Positions 57,047 to 64,000 of a stretch of 64,000 nt of DNA are shown in pieces (within the stretch, counting starts at the first letter, position 1; each line of letters begins with the position of its first letter). A program made the position numbers and the translations under genes. The notes under the pieces are model-generated. The model was not told the DNA's origin and searched no databases. It saw only the letters and a program-made list of their open reading frames with translations. This stretch comes from Treponema sp. (GTDB lineage Bacteria; Spirochaetota; Spirochaetia; Treponematales; Treponemataceae): contig JAILHV010000187.1 in the NCBI GenBank assembly GCA_024695625.1, forward strand, positions 399 to 64,398. Direction: 5' to 3'.

Positions 57047-60000
57047 TGGCATATACCTTAGAAGAACTTAGAACAAAAGAAAAAAACTTTGAAGAATCCA
57101 TCGAAGAGTTTTTAATTTCAGACCAGGGCGGCTATAAAAAGGGTAGTGATACCTTCAACACAACTTATGGTATCTATAAGAATACACTTATTAATTTTAT
57201 AAAAGAAACTCAAAGCAAGGAATGGAAACGCTTTGAAGCTCAGAATCCTGGTAATACAGAAGATGCTTTCTGCAAATGTTTTTCTAATGCAGTAACCGCA
57301 GACGGTATGCTTTCAGTTCTTAGACACGGTTTTAAGCATCGCGGCATTTCTTTTAAGGTATGCTTCTTCAAGCCAGAATCTACATTAAATGAACTTTCTG
57401 CAGAACTTTATCAGAAAAACACAATCGAATGTTACAGACAGTGGTTTTATTCTGCAGATTGTTCTAAATCCGTTGATATGGTCCTGACGGTAAACGGAAT
57501 TCCTCTTATCGCTCTTGAATTAAAGAATCAGCTTACAGGCCAGAGCGTAACAAACGCTAAGCTGCAATGGCAAAATGACAGAGACCCTCGCGAAATTGTA
57601 TTCCAATTCAACAACCGTGTTTTGGCTTACTTCTGCGTAGATTTGTACGATGTTTACATGACAACAAAATTGAATGGTAAATCAACATTCTTCCTGCCAT
57701 TCAATCAAGGCTCTGCAGGTGCCGGAAAAGACGGTGGCAAAGGAAATCCATCAACAACAGATAAAGACTATATCACAAGCTATCTTTGGGAAGACATCCT
57801 TCAAAAAGACAGCATGATGGATATTCTGCAGAAGTTCCTGCATTTGCAAGTTGTTGAAGAAAAGAAATATAACGAGGATGGAGATGTTGAGCTTGTTGAA
57901 AAACAGACTTTGATTTTCCCCCGATACCATCAGCTTGATGTTGTCAGAAAGCTCATAGCAGATGTAAAAGAGCAGGGTAGTGGAAACAATTATCTTATTC
58001 AGCACAGCGCAGGTTCTGGAAAATCAAATTCCATCGCATGGACAGCTTACCGCCTGGCTTCGCTTCATGATGGAAAGAACAATGCAATCTTTTCTAGCGT
58101 TGTTGTTGTAACGGACCGTACAGTTCTTGATGCCCAGCTTCAGGATACAATTTCAAGTTTTGACCATACTCTCGGAGCCGTAACAACCATTGATGACAAG
58201 AAAAACTCAAAGGACCTTCGTGACGCTCTGAATAATGGTGACCGTATAATCGTTACTACGCTGCAGAAGTTCCCTGTAATTTATGAGGAAGTCGACAAGG
58301 TAAAAGGCCGCAATTATGCCGTTATCGTAGATGAAGCTCATTCTTCACAGACAGGAAGCGCAGCTTTGAAATTAAAGACTGCTCTTGCAGATACGGAAGA
58401 TGCCTTAAAAGAATATGCAGAAATTGAAGGCAAGGCCGAAGAAGAAATCGAAAAAGACGACAAGATTATCAAAGAAATGATTGCTCACGGAAAGCACAAA
58501 AATCTTTCTTTCTTTGCATTTACGGCCACACCAAAAGACAAAACGCTCGAAATGTTCGGAACCAGGGCAGAAGATGGCAGCTTCCATCCGTTCCATATCT
58601 ACAGTATGCGCCAGGCAATAGAAGAAGGCTTCATCCTCGATGTTCTTAAAAACTACATGACTTATGATACTTGCTACAAAATCGCTAAGAACTTCCCGGA
58701 CAATCCTGACCTTCCGGCAAACAAGGCAACGAAAGTCATTCTGAAATATGCGCAGCTGCACCCTACAAACATAAGCCAGAAATCTGAAATCATCGTAGAG
58801 ACATACAGAAACACGACAAGAAACAAGATAGGCGGGAAGGGTAAGATGATGGTTGTCACATCAAGCCGTCTTGCAGCGGTCCGCTATTTCCATGAAATAA
58901 AACGTCTTTTGAAAGTAAAAGGCTATGATGATATGGATATTCTTGTGGCGTTCAGCGGCGTTGTAAAAGACAATGACATTGAATACTCAGAGCCAAGTCT
59001 TAATGTCCGCAAAGATAATTCTCATATCAGCGAAAATCAGACAAAAGAAGAATTCCATAATAATTTCAATGTCCTGATTGTTGCGGAAAAATATCAGACA
59101 GGCTTTGATGAACCTCTTTTGCATACAATGATTGTCGATAAAAAACTCTGTGGTATAAAAACGGTCCAGACATTGAGCCGCCTGAACAGAACTTGCAGCG
59201 GAAAAGACGACACTTTCATTTTGGACTTTGTAAATACTGCAGATGAAATCTATGATGCTTTCCAGCCGTTCTATCAGGAAACATATCTGAAAGAAGAGGT
59301 AAACGCGGACCTGCTCTATAGCACACAAAAGACTTTGAGGGGCTATGGTGTTTACGGTGATAGCGATGTAAACAACTTTGTAGAAACATACAGAAAACTT
59401 AAGCCAAAAGACAAAAACGCATTGGGAAAACTTAGTGTTGCATTAAAGCCTTTTGCGGATGCCTACAACCTAAAGACTTCAAACGAAAAATATCAGTTCC
59501 GCCGTGAGCTTCGCAAGCTCGTACGCTACTACGATTTTGTAAGCCAGGTAACAAGAATGTTTGACGAGGATTTGCACAAAGAATATTTATTCTGCAAATA
59601 CCTTGTAAAGCTTCTTCCTCTAGAAACAGAAACAATGATTGATATTGAGCAGCTTTTGAACCTCGAATATTACAAGCTCAAAGAAACATTCAAAGGCCAG
59701 ATAAACCTGCAGGGCGATGTAAAAGGAAAGTATGAACCTGCTACAGAATCAGCTGCCGGAGCAAAGAATCCTAAATCTCCGTTAGATGAAATCATTGCCA
59801 AGATAAATGAAAAATACAAGGCAAACTTCACAGACGGTGATAAAGTTGTAGTCGGAGCTTTGCAGAATAAAATCTTTGGAAACCAAGACCTTATAGACAA
59901 AGCAAAGAATTCAAACTCTCAAGTTTTTCTTCAGGGCATCTTCCCTCAAGAATTCAACAAGGCAGCAATGTCATGCTACCAGGAAAGCACAGAAGCCTTT

Positions 60001-60153
60001 AAGAGTATGTTTGAGGATGCAACAAAATACAAAGTTATTATGGAAGCATTGGGAGAATTTGTTTACAGTATGGCTAATTCAAAGAAAAATGTAGCGTATA
60101 ATATTCCAAATGATTACGGACTTCTAAATGTTGCCCAGACAAAATCCATCTGA
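57046..60153 (+). CDS. hsdR: Type I R-M restriction subunit R
   Basis: DMVLTVNGIPLIALELKN nuclease motif, HSAGSGKS, VDEAH, FTATP, TGFDEP and QTLSRLNR. Confidence 0.94.
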   Translation: MAYTLEELRTKEKNFEESIEEFLISDQGGYKKGSDTFNTTYGIYKNTLINFIKETQSKEWKRFEAQNPGNTEDAFCKCFSNAVTADGMLSVLRHGFKHRGISFKVCFFKPESTLNELSAELYQKNTIECYRQWFYSADCSKSVDMVLTVNGIPLIALELKNQLTGQSVTNAKLQWQNDRDPREIVFQFNNRVLAYFCVDLYDVYMTTKLNGKSTFFLPFNQGSAGAGKDGGKGNPSTTDKDYITSYLWEDILQKDSMMDILQKFLHLQVVEEKKYNEDGDVELVEKQTLIFPRYHQLDVVRKLIADVKEQGSGNNYLIQHSAGSGKSNSIAWTAYRLASLHDGKNNAIFSSVVVVTDRTVLDAQLQDTISSFDHTLGAVTTIDDKKNSKDLRDALNNGDRIIVTTLQKFPVIYEEVDKVKGRNYAVIVDEAHSSQTGSAALKLKTALADTEDALKEYAEIEGKAEEEIEKDDKIIKEMIAHGKHKNLSFFAFTATPKDKTLEMFGTRAEDGSFHPFHIYSMRQAIEEGFILDVLKNYMTYDTCYKIAKNFPDNPDLPANKATKVILKYAQLHPTNISQKSEIIVETYRNTTRNKIGGKGKMMVVTSSRLAAVRYFHEIKRLLKVKGYDDMDILVAFSGVVKDNDIEYSEPSLNVRKDNSHISENQTKEEFHNNFNVLIVAEKYQTGFDEPLLHTMIVDKKLCGIKTVQTLSRLNRTCSGKDDTFILDFVNTADEIYDAFQPFYQETYLKEEVNADLLYSTQKTLRGYGVYGDSDVNNFVETYRKLKPKDKNALGKLSVALKPFADAYNLKTSNEKYQFRRELRKLVRYYDFVSQVTRMFDEDLHKEYLFCKYLVKLLPLETETMIDIEQLLNLEYYKLKETFKGQINLQGDVKGKYEPATESAAGAKNPKSPLDEIIAKINEKYKANFTDGDKVVVGALQNKIFGNQDLIDKAKNSNSQVFLQGIFPQEFNKAAMSCYQESTEAFKSMFEDATKYKVIMEALGEFVYSMANSKKNVAYNIPNDYGLLNVAQTKSI

Positions 60154-60184
60154 GAATTTTATCTGGATTCGTTAAATTATTGCT

Positions 60185-60622
60185 CTATTTTTCTTCCTCG
60201 ATTCCTAAGTTCTTGAGTTTTTCCGTCATTTTCTTTGCGGTGGCGGAATCGCTTTTGTAGGAGTAGAGTATTGTTATGGTGATTACTCCGATTATTACGC
60301 TTTCAAAAATAAAGAAGGTGCTTATATTGCAGAAGGAGAACCATTTTAGGTAATGGCCTATTACAAGGACGATTGCGTTTATAATCAGTGTGTATATAAT
60401 TTGCATGGCAAGCATTTTTTTCTTGGAGAAAGTCCTGTCGCTTAGGAGGAGGACGTAGAGCAGGGCGCATATAAAGGCTATGCCAAGGATGATAAGGACA
60501 TCCAGTGCGTAGAGCTTTGCCTCTTTTCCCTTGAACGAGAGCAGTGCAATGGAGTCTATCAAAAAAATTGCGGTTGCAAATCTTGTAAAAATCAGAATGA
60601 TTGTGTTAAGTTTCTCTTTCAT
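60185..60622 (-). CDS. Four-TM membrane protein (DUF3021-like partner of a LytTR regulator)
   Basis: Four hydrophobic helices directly downstream of the LytTR gene; start after the GAGG RBS. Confidence 0.6.
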   Translation of the reverse strand: MKEKLNTIILIFTRFATAIFLIDSIALLSFKGKEAKLYALDVLIILGIAFICALLYVLLLSDRTFSKKKMLAMQIIYTLIINAIVLVIGHYLKWFSFCNISTFFIFESVIIGVITITILYSYKSDSATAKKMTEKLKNLGIEEEK

Positions 60623-60653
60623 AAAATCCTCTTCTTGCCCTGATGGTGTATGG

Positions 60654-61091
60654 CTACAATCCAAGGTGTTCCTTTAGTTTTGGGACATAGCTTCTGGAAA
60701 TTATTACCTTGTATTCATTTTTTAATACGGCTTCAAAGCGTCCGTTAAAAGCCGGGGAAATACTTTTGATTTTATTAAGATTTACAATAACCGCCTTGTT
60801 TGCGCGGAAAAAGTTTTTTGCGGGTAAAATCTGCTCCAGTTCATAGAGCTTGAATTTTGTTTCAAAAACTCCTTCTGCAGTATATGCAAAAACCTTGTCG
60901 TCCACCGATTCAAAATATAGGATGTCCTTTTTTTCCACGATGACGATTTTGTTGTCTTTGATGAAATTCATTTTTGAACTTCCGTTTTTTAGCTGGTTCA
61001 GCAGGAGGGTTATGTCTTCGTCTAAAAAATGGCATTTTACTATGATTTCATCGTCCTCATCGGGTAACGGCTCTACTATTGTAATTTTCAT
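60654..61091 (-). CDS. Stand-alone LytTR-family transcriptional regulator
   Basis: DILYFESVD, KLYELEQIL, FFRANKAVIVNL and ISRSYV motifs; no receiver domain. Confidence 0.9.
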   Translation of the reverse strand: MKITIVEPLPDEDDEIIVKCHFLDEDITLLLNQLKNGSSKMNFIKDNKIVIVEKKDILYFESVDDKVFAYTAEGVFETKFKLYELEQILPAKNFFRANKAVIVNLNKIKSISPAFNGRFEAVLKNEYKVIISRSYVPKLKEHLGL

Positions 61092-61137
61092 CAATATTAT
61101 TATAGCACAAAGCCTTTAATTTTCAAGAAGAAGCATT

Positions 61138-61187
61138 TAGGGAAAGTGGCATACGCATCAATCGTTTTTTATGCCACTTTTCCCCTA
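61138..61187 (-). terminator. Hairpin after the lipoprotein gene
   Basis: TAGGGAAAGTGGCATA / TATGCCACTTTTCCCCTA inverted repeat. Confidence 0.55.
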
Positions 61188-61208
61188 GGCTTGCTTAAGG
61201 TGCAGGAC

Positions 61209-61793
61209 TTAGTTTTTGCTCAGATACATGACAGAGCCAGGGTCTGTTCTGTCGGTGATTACATACTTTGTGTTGTCTGCGTTTGTCTTGATTGTGGTTG
61301 TCGGGGGGAGACTGCTCAAGTCAAAGACCTCCTGCATTTCTTGAAGGTCTTGCTGCGACATTGGGGCTGTAAAGATTGCTTGGTTTCCATTGATGGTGAA
61401 CTGGATATCTTCACCTGCATCTTCGGCTATTGACTCTCTCAGAAGGGCGTCCCTTTCCTCTGGTGTCATTAGATTCATAAGGGTAGTGGTAGTATCATCC
61501 AGCTCCATTGTTCCTGTCGCGCTTCCTGAAGTGAATGTGCAGTTTCCACCTGATACGGTAAAATTGTAGGTTTCGCTGGCATCAACACCGTCTGCATTAA
61601 TTGTATTCTTGAGCGTCCAGTTTCCGTCGGAAAGGGTAACGCTGTTTACGGTCCTTGTGCAGTCGCTAAAAGGTGTTCCTGCAAGGAAAGAATCATCGTC
61701 ATCATCATCGGATGAGCTTGAGCCTGAGCAGGCGATGAATGTGCATGCCATCAAGGCAACCAGCATTGAAATTAATTTTCTTGTCTTTTTCAT
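61209..61793 (-). CDS. Hypothetical lipoprotein
   Basis: Lipobox FIAC followed by an SSSSDDDDDD linker; AGGAG RBS. Confidence 0.75.
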   Translation of the reverse strand: MKKTRKLISMLVALMACTFIACSGSSSSDDDDDDSFLAGTPFSDCTRTVNSVTLSDGNWTLKNTINADGVDASETYNFTVSGGNCTFTSGSATGTMELDDTTTTLMNLMTPEERDALLRESIAEDAGEDIQFTINGNQAIFTAPMSQQDLQEMQEVFDLSSLPPTTTIKTNADNTKYVITDRTDPGSVMYLSKN

Positions 61794-61920
61794 TTTCTTG
61801 TTTCTCCTTAAGATTTATGCTTGATAAACTTTCTTGAAAAAACTATAGGCTAAGTTTTTTGTATGCACAATCACAAATTTGGTAAGATGCATTTTGGGCA
61901 GGGTGAAATGCAGCGTGCCT

Positions 61921-62071
61921 CGGAAATCAATTTTGTGTTCCGCTCCCAGGCAAATCCGTCTGAGAAACCCGCGGTGTCGCGGAATAGGAAATTAAACTCG
62001 CTGCGCTCGTTCCGCTCCAATGCGGGTTTTCAGCCGTCTTTGCCTTCCGCTGCACACAAAATTGATTTCCG
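61921..62071. repeat. Long nested palindromic element (family 3, MITE-like)
   Basis: 18-bp terminal inverted repeat CGGAAATCAATTTTGTGT/ACACAAAATTGATTTCCG enclosing GGCAAA/TTTGCC, AAACCCGC/GCGGGTTT and GCGGAA/TTCCGC stems. Confidence 0.6.
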
Positions 62072-62223
62072 GTCTCTTTAACATAGGAAAAATAAAAGAA
62101 ATTGATTTTCACTGCGTATTTTTTTTGATTACCGGTCACCATATTTTATGAAAATTGATTTCTGTGGTACACCCTGCATTGCTCTGTGGAATTTGCGCTT
62201 TGAGTGTGATACAATAGCTGCAA

Positions 62224-63189
62224 ATGAAAAGCAAAGACAAAAAACTTGCCGGCGGATTTGAGATTTTTATGGCGGAGGACGAAAGCCTTGTTGCCTTGAT
62301 TTTCAGAAACACGGTTTATGTTTACGACCTTGCAAGTAAAGAGCGGATTCTGGCTGCAAAAACTGTAAGCAATGCAAGCTGTGCAATTGTTTCGCCGGAC
62401 AAAAAAATTATTGCGGCAAAAAATACTTCTGGAACCCTTGCCCTGATTAGTATGGAAAGCGGACTTGAACTTTGCCGATGCCCAATGGAAAACTGCGAGG
62501 GTGAAATGCCATTTTTTACCTTGGACAGCCGGCACGTAATCGATTTGGACTGGGGCGGAAGAGTCATGTTCTTTGATGCAGAAAGCAAAAGACATAGCAT
62601 TCTTGACAATACAAGGCCCCTTATCCGCTGCGACTATATTCATTACGATTTTTTTAGCAAAAGAATTTACAGGTTCATGGCAAAGAATTATGGAAACAGC
62701 TCCGGCATAGTGCAGTCCATGATAATAGACGAAAAGCATCTTGACCCGGAACATGCGGAATTCAAGACCCTTAGGAAATTCAACATTTGTCTTCCAGACC
62801 ACATGAAGGGTATTTCCTTTTGCAAAATCCACAATTACTGGTTTGACCTTGGCAGGGGAAAAATCATTCGTAGCGACAAGGATTTTAAGGTAAAGGCAAG
62901 GCTTAGCATTCCAAAGTCAAATTCTATTTCTGGGCCAAAGAAAATCTGGGTTTCGCCAAATGAAAAATACCTTTTCATAAATTACGGGAGTCAATGCAAG
63001 GATGTAAGTAAAACGCCTTTGAACAGCTGTAAAAATATTCCAAACCTTTCCGTCCTTTTTGACTTACAAAGCGGGGAGATTGTAAAAGAATTTGCATACG
63101 ATTATGTTTCGGATTTTACGATGTATGGCAAAGATTCTTCCTATATAATTGCAACCTGGAGCGGAACATATATTGGGACTGTAGAATAA
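62224..63189 (+). CDS. Hypothetical protein, possible beta-propeller
   Basis: 321-aa ORF with repeated VSPD.K / VSPNEKYL...LFDLQSGE blade-like motifs. Confidence 0.6.
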   Translation: MKSKDKKLAGGFEIFMAEDESLVALIFRNTVYVYDLASKERILAAKTVSNASCAIVSPDKKIIAAKNTSGTLALISMESGLELCRCPMENCEGEMPFFTLDSRHVIDLDWGGRVMFFDAESKRHSILDNTRPLIRCDYIHYDFFSKRIYRFMAKNYGNSSGIVQSMIIDEKHLDPEHAEFKTLRKFNICLPDHMKGISFCKIHNYWFDLGRGKIIRSDKDFKVKARLSIPKSNSISGPKKIWVSPNEKYLFINYGSQCKDVSKTPLNSCKNIPNLSVLFDLQSGEIVKEFAYDYVSDFTMYGKDSSYIIATWSGTYIGTVE

Positions 63190-63211
63190 GCCTCCAATGT
63201 CATTAACTTTA

Positions 63212-63284
63212 CGTCATTCTGAGCTTGACTCAGAATCTCAAATTGTGATATTGACGAGAGATGCCGAATCAAGTTCGGCATGAC
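63212..63284. repeat. CGTC-tagged REP dimer (inverted pair)
   Basis: CGTCAT-TCTGAG-CTTGA-CTCAGA-ATCT and, on the opposite strand, GTCAT-GCCGAA-CTTGA-TTCGGC-ATCT. Confidence 0.75.
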
Positions 63285-63363
63285 AATTCGTTATGTTAAT
63301 GGCATTGAAATAGAACTCTTTTGTGATGCAGCTTGTTAAGCTGGAGAGTTATATCTTTTGCAA

Positions 63364-63448
63364 AGCAGGCACGGCAGGGATTGGAGGGGCGGCGTAGCCG
63401 TTGCAAAGCAATGGAGCGGGTAGGGCCCCGCGGAACCCCGGAAAGCCC
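63364..63448 (-). repeat. Family-1 structured palindromic element
   Basis: Minus strand reads GGGCTTTCCGGGGTTCC...CTCCATTGCTTTGCAACGGCTACGCCGCCCCTCCAATCCCTGCCGTGCCTGCT. Confidence 0.7.
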
Positions 63449-63679
63449 AGAAAAAATGCCCTCCTTGGCATTTTTTCTTACAAGTTTTCTTCGAAAACTT
63501 GCCTGTCTTTATTGCAAACATTTGACGCACCCTCCGTGGTGCTGCTTGTTTGCAAATAGGGAAAAATGGCAAGGTGTTCTTTTGGGTCGTATATGTTTTG
63601 CAGATAAAAGTGCCGCAAGAAAAAAATGAAAAATATCAACTCCCTTGAAAATATTGGCGTTTAACGGTAGTATGAGTGC

Positions 63680-64000
63680 ATGATAAAGGCGACCGGTTCA
63701 CAGATTATTATTAAATTGCTTGAGGCTGAAGGCATTAAGACTGTTGCGGGTATTCCCGGCGGTTCAATTTTGCCCCTGTATGATGAATTGAACAGAAGTT
63801 CCATAAAGCACGTCCTTGTCCGTCAGGAGCAGGCGGCTGGTTTTATTGCCCAGGGCATGTCCCGTTCAAGCGGAAAGCCTGCTGTATGTATGGCTACCAG
63901 CGGTCCCGGTGCAATGAACCTTCTTACCGCAATTGCAGACGCAAGGTGCGACAGCGTTCCAATTATTGCTATTACCGGACAGGTAAATTCATCGCTCATC
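63680..64000 (+). CDS. ilvB: Acetolactate synthase large subunit, N-terminal part (runs off the window; absent from the ORF track)
   Basis: Hand translation: MIKATGSQIIIKLLEAEGIKTVAGIPGGSILPLYDEL...VLVRQEQAAGFIAQGMSRSSGKPAVCMATSGPGAMNLLTAIADARCDSVPIIAITGQV. Confidence 0.88.
   Translation, partial: MIKATGSQIIIKLLEAEGIKTVAGIPGGSILPLYDELNRSSIKHVLVRQEQAAGFIAQGMSRSSGKPAVCMATSGPGAMNLLTAIADARCDSVPIIAITGQVNSSLI

Noticed and set aside
63290-63301. dif-like XerD arm TTATGTTAAT
   Set aside because: No matching XerC arm; the sequence is part of the inverted repeat around the REP dimer.

Overview
This is a chromosomal window from a Treponema-like spirochaete, inferred from the FlcA-like flagellar collar protein, a DUF2259 protein, the hprK-ptsH-lexA-holA-flcA gene order and many spirochaetal lipoproteins. 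The left part holds a TetR-TolC-MFP-RND efflux operon with a PII-like small protein, hflK/hflC, a membrane pseudokinase-like protein and an acyl-CoA carboxyltransferase. The standout locus (about 12.5-28.6 kb, minus strand, tightly packed) is a stripped-down type II secretion-like cluster (gspD, E, F, G, two pilin-like ORFs and a bitopic protein). It runs directly into two lipoproteins, a clostripain (C11) lipoprotein and a 1966-aa signal-peptide-bearing Rhs protein with a papain/C39-like C-terminal tip, followed by an exported candidate immunity protein. The middle part is mostly housekeeping: rpoN, DUF1015, pth, an ECF S component, tsaD, hprK, HPr, a lexA-like gene, holA and flcA. It also carries an RpoS-like sigma gene with a consensus sigma54 promoter, two sigma28 promoters and at least seven apparently leaderless genes. 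The right part has cls, an XRE gene with a type I R-M system (hsdMSR), a LytTR/membrane protein pair, orphan lipoproteins and the start of ilvB. Intergenic regions contain several families of dispersed, covarying palindromic elements. All family assignments come from motif recognition by eye; no database searches were run.
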